From positions 64,091-128,090 of the forward strand of contig CAZQHP010000001.1 in the NCBI GenBank assembly GCA_964593805.1: a stretch of DNA of 64,000 nt. Reading direction: 5' to 3'. Position numbers and translations under genes: made by a program. A model generated the notes under the pieces. It saw only the letters and a program-made list of their open reading frames with translations, was not told the DNA's origin and searched no databases. The DNA is from an uncultured Candidatus Saccharibacteria bacterium. Its GTDB lineage: Bacteria; Patescibacteriota; Saccharimonadia; Saccharimonadales; JBBQAJ01. This document shows positions 41,977 to 51,313 of this stretch, piece by piece; position 1 is the stretch's first letter; every line of letters begins with the position of its first letter.

Positions 41977-43166
41977 TGGACGACGTTGCCGTACGCGTTG
42001 GACGCGTGTCCAAGAATTTTCGTCTGCCGCACGAAAAAGTCAGTTCAGTCAAAAATCTTTTTGTTCACGCCGTTAGATACCTCAGAAATCATCGGACATA
42101 CGAAGTCCAGCATGCTCTAAAAGATGTTTCATTTGAAGTAAAACAAGGCGAATTTTTTGGAATTGTGGGACGGAACGGCAGTGGCAAGAGTACTTTACTC
42201 AAAATGCTTGCCGGTATATACCAGCCATCCAAAGGCAAAATCCAAGTCAACGGTAAACTGGTGCCGTTTATTGAACTTGGTGTGGGTTTTAGCCCAGAAC
42301 TAACCGGCAGAGAAAACGTGTATTTAAACGGAGCGCTGCTGGGGTTTAGTAAAAAAGAAATAGAAGCACAATACAAAGACATTGTGGATTTTGCCGAACT
42401 CGAACCTTTTATGGATCAGAAGTTAAAAAATTATTCTTCAGGTATGCAGGTTCGATTGGCGTTTTCAATGGCAGTGAGAGCCAAAGCTGATGTTTTGCTT
42501 ATTGACGAGGTTCTAGCGGTAGGCGACGCTGACTTTCAGCGCAAATGCTTTAATTATTTCAACAACTTAAAAAAGGAAAAAACGACCGTTATATTTGTTA
42601 GTCACAACATGGATGCTGTCAGAGAATATTGCGACAGGGCAATGCTGATAGAAAACAGTGAAGTAGTTGAAATAGGTTCTACCGACGAAGTTGCCGAAAA
42701 ATATCTGCAGCTGTTCATGGAAGATAAGACTGACGACGGTATTGGCGGCGAGGAAGAAAATCGATGGGGGGACCAAGCTATAAAAGTTATAGATATAAAA
42801 GTAGAAGTAACCAAAGAAACAATTATTATCAAAGAAACAATTAAAGCAACGCAAGCCATCGAACATCCGATTGCTGGTTTTCGCATAAGAGACGCTGCTG
42901 GCAGTGATATAACGGGTACAAATACTCTAATTGAAAACAAAACTTTGCAAAATTTTGAAAAAGGCCAGACTGCTGTGTTGGTTTGGCAGATGTACAATTG
43001 CCTGCGTGATGGCAAATATTCTGTTGATCCCGCCCTGCTTCACCCCGACAAAATTACAGTTGCTGATTGGTGGAATGATGCCGTTCGTTTTACGGTTAAG
43101 AAAAAAAGGCACATTCCATATACAATTGACCCAGGTTTTGACCTGACTGTTAAGGTGGAGCAGTGA
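41976..43166 (+). CDS. wzt: Polysaccharide ABC exporter ATP-binding protein with a roughly 150-aa C-terminal extension (Wzt-type)
   Basis: Walker A GRNGSGKSTL, signature YSSGMQVRLAF, Walker B LLIDEVLAVGD, then a non-ABC beta-rich C-terminal domain (residues about 250-396). Confidence 0.85.
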   Translation: MDDVAVRVGRVSKNFRLPHEKVSSVKNLFVHAVRYLRNHRTYEVQHALKDVSFEVKQGEFFGIVGRNGSGKSTLLKMLAGIYQPSKGKIQVNGKLVPFIELGVGFSPELTGRENVYLNGALLGFSKKEIEAQYKDIVDFAELEPFMDQKLKNYSSGMQVRLAFSMAVRAKADVLLIDEVLAVGDADFQRKCFNYFNNLKKEKTTVIFVSHNMDAVREYCDRAMLIENSEVVEIGSTDEVAEKYLQLFMEDKTDDGIGGEEENRWGDQAIKVIDIKVEVTKETIIIKETIKATQAIEHPIAGFRIRDAAGSDITGTNTLIENKTLQNFEKGQTAVLVWQMYNCLRDGKYSVDPALLHPDKITVADWWNDAVRFTVKKKRHIPYTIDPGFDLTVKVEQ

Positions 43167-44074
43167 TGATTGACCCCAAAGCTATTACCACTTACGCGCA
43201 ATATAACGAAGATCTCATTCTTGCGGCGTTGTTGTCAGACGTTAAACAGGGATTTTATGTTGATATCGGCGCCAATTATCCGGTTATTGATTCGGTAACA
43301 GAGTATTTCTACCAAAAAGGCTGGCATGGCATAAACATTGAGCCGCTTAAGAAGCTGCATAAACAACTGGCCGAAGCCAGACCAAAGGACATAAACCTAA
43401 ATATCGGAATCGGAGAAACAAAAAGTGAGGCTACTTTTCGTGAATATGTGGATGTACCTGGGCAGTCAACATTTGACCCGGAACAAAAAAAACAGCATGC
43501 AAAATCGTTAAAATATATAGACTACACAGTACGTATACTGCCACTGAGCGACGTATTGGCTAAATACAATCCAAAGCACATACACTTCATGAAAATAGAT
43601 GTCGAGGGTTTTGAATACGAGGTGGTGGCCGGGAATAATTGGGAGAAGTTCCGCCCAGATGTGGTGTGCATAGAAGCAAATCATGTCTCAAAAGACTGGC
43701 GCCCAATTCTAGTAGGGCATAACTACAAACTATTTATTGCCGATGGTCTGAATGAATACTATGTGGCACAAAAGCACTGGAATAGAACAGAAGGCTTTGT
43801 GGAGAAAATAGTAGAACTTGATTACCATGCGCTGAAACAGCACCAACAACAATCCTGGCATACTGATAGTGAAGAACTGGTGCGTACGGCCAAAGTTGCC
43901 GAAGAGCAGCAAAAACAAATACAAACCCACAAAGAAAACGTGGCTAATCTGCAAAAAATGGCAGCACTGACCCTGAAAAACAGACCATGGTTTTCAAGGT
44001 TCAAGCGGGCTATTTACGGGCTTACCGTAGACTGGGTGCGCTATAAAAAATCTTCTAAAAAGAACCTTCAATAA
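43166..44074 (+). CDS. FkbM-family methyltransferase with a C-terminal coiled-coil/amphipathic tail
   Basis: FYVDIGANYP and FMKIDVEGFEYEV are FkbM patterns. The C-terminal Gln/Lys/Glu-rich heptad-like region is EEQQKQIQTHKENVANLQKMAAL. The start overlaps the wzt stop (GTG at 43163 is an alternative start). Confidence 0.78.
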   Translation: MIDPKAITTYAQYNEDLILAALLSDVKQGFYVDIGANYPVIDSVTEYFYQKGWHGINIEPLKKLHKQLAEARPKDINLNIGIGETKSEATFREYVDVPGQSTFDPEQKKQHAKSLKYIDYTVRILPLSDVLAKYNPKHIHFMKIDVEGFEYEVVAGNNWEKFRPDVVCIEANHVSKDWRPILVGHNYKLFIADGLNEYYVAQKHWNRTEGFVEKIVELDYHALKQHQQQSWHTDSEELVRTAKVAEEQQKQIQTHKENVANLQKMAALTLKNRPWFSRFKRAIYGLTVDWVRYKKSSKKNLQ

Positions 44075-45353
44075 TTGAGAGCAGCTGTTTGGACATTTTC
44101 TTCCAGCTGAATTTTTTGGACTGCTTTAGGCCCGCGCTGATCATTTTTTTTCTTAGCTTAGGATCTTCCAAAGCTATAATCGCTCTAGCAATAGCGGTGT
44201 AGTCGCCCGTTTCTATTAACAACGCCGCTTTTCCGGCCGCTTCCGGTATGGATGAATTGTTGTAGGTTATAACCGGGCAACTGGATGACATGGCTTCAAG
44301 TATAGGCAGGCCGAAGCCTTCGTAAATAGTAGTAAATATAAAAGCATGCGCCGATTCGTATAAGCCTTTTTTTTGCTCGTCGGTAACAAACCCCACAAGA
44401 TGAATGTCTTTCTTGTATGGGCTGCTCATGATTGCGTTCCTGCCTTCAATGCTCGGCAGGTGATTTAGTTTTTTGAATTCATTTCCCGCTAAAACCAGAG
44501 CCATGTCTGCGCCATGTCCTTTAGCAATATTAAATGCATGGACAATATCCTGAATCCTTTTTCTGACATCAGTCCCCCCTATATAAAAGACATATGGCTT
44601 GGTAATCTTTTTTGCAATCGAGAAATCGGGTTTATCATCCGACAGTACTGCCGCCAGCGGCACGGTATATATCTTGCGTCTGTCTATACCCAGAATTTTC
44701 GCAAAATCTTCGGAAGTTGCTTTGGAGATGCATATGATTTTATCAGCCCGCTTGTATGTTTTGTAATGCAAACGGTATTTTTGGTTATAATAAACCGATC
44801 TTATCAGGGCGATTAGGGTTTTTGGCATTATTTTTGATCTGCTTACAGCAAAAGACCTATGGCTTATCCTAAAAACCAGAGAACGCAGTATGCCTCTCTG
44901 AGTTTTTCCCATAGTGTTTGCTGTGTGTTTGAGCGTAAAAGACAAACTGGGCAGGTATTCATTTTTCATAATTAGCGGAATTAGGTCGTAGCCAATTATG
45001 ATGTTTTGTGTCTGTTTCCATCTGGGCGCGCCAAGCGTAAAGTCAAACTGGACAAATACGTCAGGTTTTATTTTTTTTAGCGGGTGGAAACGGTGGTTTA
45101 TAAGCCTGATAAGCCCAGGCAATTCGCGCGGAGAATTCAGGACGGTTTTAATTGTGGCAGTCTCGATGATTTCATAGGAATTATTAAGTTCAATGCCCAG
45201 CTTTTCCACTGGATTGCTTTTGTCAAAAACATAAAAAACGTACTTATTGTCATCTGCGGGCAGGTTTTCAAGCACGCTTTTTATATACATGCCTATACCA
45301 CGGTTTTCATGGCCAATCTGAAGAGCGCGCAGGTCAAAGCAAATTGTTTTCAC
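44055..45353 (-). CDS. Glycosyltransferase family 4
   Basis: The C-terminal motif is TTIYEGFGLPILEAMSSSCPVITYN. The 3' end overlaps the methyltransferase gene by 20 nt, convergently. Confidence 0.8.
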   Translation of the reverse strand: MKTICFDLRALQIGHENRGIGMYIKSVLENLPADDNKYVFYVFDKSNPVEKLGIELNNSYEIIETATIKTVLNSPRELPGLIRLINHRFHPLKKIKPDVFVQFDFTLGAPRWKQTQNIIIGYDLIPLIMKNEYLPSLSFTLKHTANTMGKTQRGILRSLVFRISHRSFAVSRSKIMPKTLIALIRSVYYNQKYRLHYKTYKRADKIICISKATSEDFAKILGIDRRKIYTVPLAAVLSDDKPDFSIAKKITKPYVFYIGGTDVRKRIQDIVHAFNIAKGHGADMALVLAGNEFKKLNHLPSIEGRNAIMSSPYKKDIHLVGFVTDEQKKGLYESAHAFIFTTIYEGFGLPILEAMSSSCPVITYNNSSIPEAAGKAALLIETGDYTAIARAIIALEDPKLRKKMISAGLKQSKKFSWKKMSKQLLSIIEGSF

Positions 45354-46507
45354 TCGTTGATTTCCTCGAGTATTTTCAGAAGTTTCTTGGCTTCGTTATC
45401 CCAAGAGAATTTATCGACCTGTTTATAGCCCTCTTGTACCATATTTTCCTGTAACTTTTTGTCAGCCAGTACTGTACTCATGACATCCGCAAGCTCTATA
45501 ATCGATTTAGCGTCCACTACTTTTGCAGCAGATCCCACGGCTTCGGGCAAAGATGAATTGTCACTGGTTATAACCGGCACGCCGCACGCCATGGCTTCAA
45601 CCGGCGGAATACCAAAACCTTCATACAAACTTGGGTATACAAAAAGTGAAGCACCGCTAAATATTGCCGGCCTGTCATCATCCTTCACATAATCTAACGG
45701 TTGTTGAATATGACTGCCATTCGTGCGAAGGCGTTCGATGATTTCAAAGATTTCATCATCCAGCCAGCCGCGCGCCCCCACGAGCAACAAAGAATATTCA
45801 TTGCGGACTGATTGGTCCAGCTTTTCGTAGGCAAGAAGTAGATTTTTAAGATTTTTCCTTGGCTCAATGTTGCCTACAAACAAAATATATTTGCCATGTA
45901 TACCATAGCGGGCTTTTATTTTTTTAATCTGCTCTTCGGGACGCCTGTAGAATACTCTTTGGTCTATTCCCGGGTAGACTATTGAAACATCTTTTGAGGG
46001 AACACTATAAAAATCACAAATTTCTTTTTGGCTATTTGTAGAGATGGTAATGATTTTATTAGAACGCTCTACGGATTTTCTGACGTTGTCACTCAGAAAT
46101 TTTTGGTTTCTAGGCTCCACATACTGCGGAAAATATTCAAAAGATAGGTCGTATACAAAAGACACCGATTTCGAAAACCATAATGGCCAAGAAGTGTAGT
46201 TCGGGAAAAGATAAATATACCGGCCAAAGAACAAATCGTACGGAGGCTGAAGGTTCCTGATCTTAAGTGCGTTTGCAATCCGAAGAGTGAAGGGGCTTCG
46301 CTTGATTTTAAAATTACGGAAGCCATAGCTGCGAATTTTAGCCATCTTTCGGTAAAAAACCCCGAGCGTTACTTGTACGTCGTCACGATCTTCTATAAGC
46401 CTGTCCAAAGCTCTGAGCAGTTCTAAGCAGTAGTGGCCGATACCGCTAAAATGAGTGTTAGTCAGCACCTCCGCATCAACAAACACCTTTAATTTTCGTT
46501 TCGACAT
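45350..46507 (-). CDS. Glycosyltransferase family 4
   Basis: The motif is PSLYEGFGIPPVEAMACGVPVITSD. There is a 4-nt overlap with the downstream GT gene. Confidence 0.82.
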   Translation of the reverse strand: MSKRKLKVFVDAEVLTNTHFSGIGHYCLELLRALDRLIEDRDDVQVTLGVFYRKMAKIRSYGFRNFKIKRSPFTLRIANALKIRNLQPPYDLFFGRYIYLFPNYTSWPLWFSKSVSFVYDLSFEYFPQYVEPRNQKFLSDNVRKSVERSNKIITISTNSQKEICDFYSVPSKDVSIVYPGIDQRVFYRRPEEQIKKIKARYGIHGKYILFVGNIEPRKNLKNLLLAYEKLDQSVRNEYSLLLVGARGWLDDEIFEIIERLRTNGSHIQQPLDYVKDDDRPAIFSGASLFVYPSLYEGFGIPPVEAMACGVPVITSDNSSLPEAVGSAAKVVDAKSIIELADVMSTVLADKKLQENMVQEGYKQVDKFSWDNEAKKLLKILEEINE

Positions 46508-46583
46508 ATTAGTATATTCTAACGAAACATAGGCACATCACAAAGAAAAGACGGTCGCACGGCTGACTTTTGGAGTAGTCAGG

Positions 46584-48548
46584 CTATAAGACGCCGGATG
46601 TCTGAGTGTGCCAAAAAGGGACGTTAAGCCAATTGTAAAGTACGGCGTTACCGTCCGGTTGTAGCAAGAGTCTTAAGCTGCCATGACCACTAGTACCGGT
46701 GTACCAAATCGGCTTGGCGCTGCGGTCGTATAGCACCAGATTGCCGTCTGGCTGCATGGCTAGAAATGACACCGACCTACCATCCGTACCCGTTGCCCAA
46801 GTGGCACGGTTTGGTGAATACAGTACAAGATTGCCGTCTGTTTGCAGTATCAATTTGAATCTGCGATCGGTCGTGTCTATGCTTTGGCCTGGATAAAGCC
46901 TGCCGCTTGGGAGGGTTGTATTGATATATGACAAGTGCTCGGGGGTATGAAGCGTATAGGTTGCCCACAAAACAGCGTTGCCGGCGCTATACATTACCAA
47001 ATTACCATCGGTTTGCACCACCAGGCGAGCGCCCGGATTTCCAGCTGTGGCTGTATTCCAAAGTGCCTGTCCGCCGGCGGTGTAAAGTACCAGGTTTCCG
47101 TCACCCTGCATTACTAGCCTGTTGGCAGTAGGAAACACACCCGTGTTCCATACGGTTTTGAAATTTGCATGCAAAGCCACATTGCCGTCTCGCTGCAAAG
47201 TAAGAGCCGACTGGGAATCCGGAGATAGCAACAAGTCGTCTTTATTCAGCGATTCTCCTGAATTTAACACCGAGTCGTTGCTATTGTTTGGAGAGGCAGC
47301 AGTGTTAACGTTGACGGTGAAGAACATACCCGGATCGTTCAGCCACTCCCGTCCCTCGACGAGCACGTTAAAATATTCATTGTAAGTACCTGTTGTTGCC
47401 GGAGCCTTCATGGTGAATTCAAAAGTACCTATTTGTCCGGGAGGGATTGTAGACTCCAGTAGTTGAGCTGGGCGGGCACTATTAAGCCAGTCTGTGTTGG
47501 CAAACTGGCTAACTCTATCCATTTGACGTGATGTTCCTAGGTGGAGAGTTGACTGACTCCATGTTTGAGTGCCCATGTTACGAGCTTTTACTCTTAGATA
47601 AATAGTTCCGTTTGGTACAACTGTAGGTGTCGAAGTAAATGATTGAGTCCGCCCAGAGTCGGTATATGCGTTTTGGCTTTCATATGACCATGCGTAGGGC
47701 ACTGGCGACAGGGTTGAGCCAAACCAGTCTATGTACATACGCCAAAAATTGCGGTTACCGTACGCACCGCAGCTGTCACCACTACCATACAAATTTGCAA
47801 GCGCGGATGCGTTAGGCTGGTAGGGGGTGTAGTTATATAGTCCAGCAGTTGCTTGGTTTTGTATGAACACGTTTGAACCGCCACAACCGGCGTTGGGATT
47901 GTATTGAATGTAGTTGTTCTGGCCGGCCGTGTAATTGAATAAATTTGCTTGTCTGGCGTATCGTTGGTATTGCCTGGCCGCATAGTAAACTTGATTATAA
48001 AATCCATAATACGTTGAATCACAATCTGCAGTATCAGGGCAGCCGTAACCGGTGGCACTGCGGTACTGCACGCTCCAAGGCCAGTCATCGGTTACCAAAC
48101 TCTGTTCTTTTTGCAGTAGCACCAACAAAACCTTAGGGCTAACTCCACAAGCCTGAGAAACGTCATAAATTATCTGAGCTGAAGTTTTAGTACCGCCTGT
48201 GATTGCTCCACAATAAGCATCGGCGGCTTTTGCTGCGGTGTCTTGTGAATAGTCCTTAAGACAAGTATATGGAGGCGGGTACCCACGGCTGGTGCCATAG
48301 GCAGCGCGCGTTGTGCCAGCATATGGCTGCGTCCCGTTTGTATCGCAAACCGGCACTTTGGCGTTCATGAAACTCTGAATATCACCCGGATTCATAGTAT
48401 TGGGGTTAAAGAAAACGGCGTCGTCAATAATCCGACCCGCGCTAAAGTCGCTGCCGGAAAGAGCTTTTGCAGGTGCGCTGGAACTCAGAAGCAGCAAACA
48501 AAGTGTTGCGGAGATTATAGAGACATAGAATTTTCTAGTAAATGCCAT
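46584..48548 (-). CDS. Secreted multidomain protein ending in two bulb-type (monocot mannose-binding) lectin domains
   Basis: It has a signal peptide. Six QxDxNxVxY-type motifs are present: LQRDGNVALH (degenerate), MQGDGNLVLY, VQTDGNLVMY, LQTDGNLVLY, MQPDGNLVLY, LQPDGNAVLY. The N-terminal region carries an ...SPKVLLVLLQKEQSLV... module and an Ig-like module. Confidence 0.8.
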   Translation of the reverse strand: MAFTRKFYVSIISATLCLLLLSSSAPAKALSGSDFSAGRIIDDAVFFNPNTMNPGDIQSFMNAKVPVCDTNGTQPYAGTTRAAYGTSRGYPPPYTCLKDYSQDTAAKAADAYCGAITGGTKTSAQIIYDVSQACGVSPKVLLVLLQKEQSLVTDDWPWSVQYRSATGYGCPDTADCDSTYYGFYNQVYYAARQYQRYARQANLFNYTAGQNNYIQYNPNAGCGGSNVFIQNQATAGLYNYTPYQPNASALANLYGSGDSCGAYGNRNFWRMYIDWFGSTLSPVPYAWSYESQNAYTDSGRTQSFTSTPTVVPNGTIYLRVKARNMGTQTWSQSTLHLGTSRQMDRVSQFANTDWLNSARPAQLLESTIPPGQIGTFEFTMKAPATTGTYNEYFNVLVEGREWLNDPGMFFTVNVNTAASPNNSNDSVLNSGESLNKDDLLLSPDSQSALTLQRDGNVALHANFKTVWNTGVFPTANRLVMQGDGNLVLYTAGGQALWNTATAGNPGARLVVQTDGNLVMYSAGNAVLWATYTLHTPEHLSYINTTLPSGRLYPGQSIDTTDRRFKLILQTDGNLVLYSPNRATWATGTDGRSVSFLAMQPDGNLVLYDRSAKPIWYTGTSGHGSLRLLLQPDGNAVLYNWLNVPFWHTQTSGVL

Positions 48549-48552
48549 GTCC

Positions 48553-49089
48553 TTATTTTACCTCTATAGTTTTGGATTGTGTACCGCTTGCGGTGGGCGA
48601 GTCGTACGTCAGCACTATCAGCCAGCTGCCTGTTGCCAGGGTAGAATCCCAGCTGATTGGAGTGCACTGCGTGTACGAGGCATTTTGAAAACCAGTCGAA
48701 CTTTTAGTAACTACTTGCGTACCTTGGGTTGCCTTTGCCGTACAAGTGCCGCCTTCTTCAAAAACACCCGTTACGTAGCCTTTTACAGCCGTGGCTGACG
48801 CCTCAACGATAAAAACGTCTACTTGTTTTTTTCCTGAGGTTGGCTGGTTGCTGGTGGCTTCATCTTTTTTGACGATAGCGTCTTTGTTGGTGTCTGTTTC
48901 TTGTTTTTCAGCGGTGGTTGGCGGGTCCAAGTTGACAACCTGCCCGTCGGCGGTTTTAGCTGGTTCGGTATCTTTGTTCTTGAGTAGGCGATAACCGGCT
49001 ATGCTTCCGGCAACCAGCAGAACAGCGCCCGCTAGGGCTAGAAAAACGAGCTTCTTGGTTATTTTAATTCTGCGCATGTTTGTTTTCAT
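48553..49089 (-). CDS. Hypothetical membrane-anchored protein
   Basis: The N-terminal anchor is KKLVFLALAGAVLLVAGSIAG. It lies 4 nt upstream of the lectin gene on the same strand. No family recognised. Confidence 0.6.
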   Translation of the reverse strand: MKTNMRRIKITKKLVFLALAGAVLLVAGSIAGYRLLKNKDTEPAKTADGQVVNLDPPTTAEKQETDTNKDAIVKKDEATSNQPTSGKKQVDVFIVEASATAVKGYVTGVFEEGGTCTAKATQGTQVVTKSSTGFQNASYTQCTPISWDSTLATGSWLIVLTYDSPTASGTQSKTIEVK

Positions 49090-49186
49090 CTAACAGTGTT
49101 AATGATACCACAAATAAGCATAAGTTTCAATAGTCAAAACACTAAAAAAAGACTTATTAAGCCAACACAGTATAAAATAAATACCA

Positions 49187-51313
49187 ATGCCCCAAACAAT
49201 CAAAAAAAACGGGAATCTTAGGCTTTGGCTTTCTAAGGCTTGGGTTCAGTGGTTGCTGGCAGCTATAATCTTTTTTTTATTTTCATGGCTTTATATGGGC
49301 CAAGCAATCAGCAGCTGCTCGACCGCTTCAACGGCACTCGGCAGTGATAGTACTGGTGGGTTCGGCTGGGTGCAGTGGGCTGGGGGCAATGATATGTCGT
49401 GGGGGGCTACAGATAAGAGCAACTATCCTTTCGGTGAACAGTTAGGAAAACCACAATTTATCACTTCCGCAGTCTTTATATTTGCATACAAACTGTTTTC
49501 ATCTTTGACTACGCCCATCTGCGGCTTGAATTTGATTGTGCTGCTTGGCTATATGTCGACAGCTCTTACGATGTTTGGATTGGTCCGTTGGCTGTCGAGG
49601 CGTTTTGATATTGCGCTTTTTGCCGGCTACGCGGCAGCCTTTGTGCCTTTTCATTTGATCAAATCACAAAGCCACGTCAATTATATTTATGGCAGTATAT
49701 TTATAGGGGTTATATGGGCTTTTCTATGGCTCCTCAGCAAGCCATCATATCGACGAGCGGCGGTATTGGGCGTGGTGAGCGCCCTGGGATTTTATTTTGA
49801 CGGCTACTTTATTTTAATAACCAGTTTACTTCTTCTTGGTCTATTTGCCGCTCCATTTGCTCTAGATTTTATAAAATTGATAATTAATCGCAAAGCCTGG
49901 CGAGACATTTTAAGAAAATCGTTTGTGCGACTAAGATACATCATATTTTCAGCAATAGTGCTTGCCCTATTGCTCGTACCAATCTTGTTAGTTTTTAGGG
50001 CAAGCGGAGATGCAATTAGCCAGTCGTTAGCGTCAGTCCGAAGTAATATAAAAGCAGAAACATTGATTTATGGAGCAAGGCCGATTGAATTTATCCTTCC
50101 CCCTTACAATAATCCATTGCTGCCTACTGAATACGCTGGCTGGAGGGCCCAAAAACTTCACAGTTCAAATTATTCAGAATCTACGCTTTACGTTGGATAC
50201 ACTGTGCTATTGCTGGCATTTATTGGGCTAGCGGGCTTGAGTCGCAGCAAACTACGCCGGGAAAAGCTAAAAGGAATACCATACACAGATCTAGTTTTTT
50301 CAACCACATTTGCATGGATTGTATGTTTTGCATTTTCACTTCCTGCTGTAGCCTTCCTATTCGGACACGATATACGCATGCCGACTTTACTACTGATTAA
50401 GCTGACGGCAAACTGGCGCGTCTTGTCACGGCTGTTTTTGGCGATGGATCCCCTAATTGTGCTTATGGCAAGTCTGGGTCTTTACTTCCTAACCAGAAAT
50501 AAATCACGGTTGATGCAGATAGGGACAGTCTTTGTTTGCGGACTGCTCTTGTTTTTGGAGTATTTGCCGACGCCACTACACACCACGAACGACCTTTATA
50601 AAGACGCACCACCCATATACAAGCAACTTGCAAACGATGACAGTACGAAAATAGTTGCCGAATACCCCATAGCTGACTTCAGGTATACCCCATCCATTTT
50701 TACCTTTCAGCCCATGCACAAAAAGATACTAGTTAATTCAAACGATTCCAGTATTTCAAGAGGACCATTTCTCGCCAGTTTTGCTGGCCTTAACGATAAA
50801 CAAACCCTAGGTACTTTAAAAAGTCTGAAAGTTGACGAAGTTATTACTCATGGTTTCAAATCTGACAACTCGAGCCTTGCGCAATTTTTTGAAAATCCTA
50901 ACTATAATCCCGACGGTACGCTCAACCTGCCGGCGAGTAGCTACGCCTACAGGCTGGGCGAATCAGTCAACCCAATCAATAGCTTGCTGGTGATAAAAAA
51001 AGGTTATGTAGCGCTGTCTGTGGACAGCAACCAAGTAAGTCACAGGATCATAACTAGCAATGCTACTTTGTATGTCTTTCATATTATCCCAAGCCCTGCC
51101 ACACAAAAATATAGAATCAGTTTTGCGGCCAATTCTATCTGTGAAAACCCTGCGGAGGTAACCATTTCACAGGGCGGTCAAACTATTTGGTTCAGTAGTG
51201 TCGGCAAGCTACCGGCAAGTATTGAGCTAACTGTGGATGATGAAGAATTTAACGTGCAGACGAAGCTATGTTCTATAGACGTCTCGAACCTAAGTTCAGC
51301 GCCATTACCCTAA
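49187..51313 (+). CDS. Large polytopic membrane protein with a C-terminal soluble domain; possible GT-C-type (YfhO/ArnT/PMT-like) glycosyltransferase
   Basis: About 12 hydrophobic helices span the first roughly 470 aa, followed by a roughly 240-aa hydrophilic domain. The assignment rests on architecture and context only. Confidence 0.5.
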   Translation: MPQTIKKNGNLRLWLSKAWVQWLLAAIIFFLFSWLYMGQAISSCSTASTALGSDSTGGFGWVQWAGGNDMSWGATDKSNYPFGEQLGKPQFITSAVFIFAYKLFSSLTTPICGLNLIVLLGYMSTALTMFGLVRWLSRRFDIALFAGYAAAFVPFHLIKSQSHVNYIYGSIFIGVIWAFLWLLSKPSYRRAAVLGVVSALGFYFDGYFILITSLLLLGLFAAPFALDFIKLIINRKAWRDILRKSFVRLRYIIFSAIVLALLLVPILLVFRASGDAISQSLASVRSNIKAETLIYGARPIEFILPPYNNPLLPTEYAGWRAQKLHSSNYSESTLYVGYTVLLLAFIGLAGLSRSKLRREKLKGIPYTDLVFSTTFAWIVCFAFSLPAVAFLFGHDIRMPTLLLIKLTANWRVLSRLFLAMDPLIVLMASLGLYFLTRNKSRLMQIGTVFVCGLLLFLEYLPTPLHTTNDLYKDAPPIYKQLANDDSTKIVAEYPIADFRYTPSIFTFQPMHKKILVNSNDSSISRGPFLASFAGLNDKQTLGTLKSLKVDEVITHGFKSDNSSLAQFFENPNYNPDGTLNLPASSYAYRLGESVNPINSLLVIKKGYVALSVDSNQVSHRIITSNATLYVFHIIPSPATQKYRISFAANSICENPAEVTISQGGQTIWFSSVGKLPASIELTVDDEEFNVQTKLCSIDVSNLSSAPLP

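Noticed and set aside
44140-45080. Homopolymer tracts (three T8/A8 runs in the GT4 gene at 44055-45353, C8 at 32564-32571 in jag, T8 at about 49270) as phase-variation switches
   Set aside because: Eight-base A/T runs are expected by chance in AT-rich, Lys-rich coding sequence and are short for slipped-strand contingency loci. The C8 run encodes a PPP stretch at the dispensable end of jag. There is no population evidence available.
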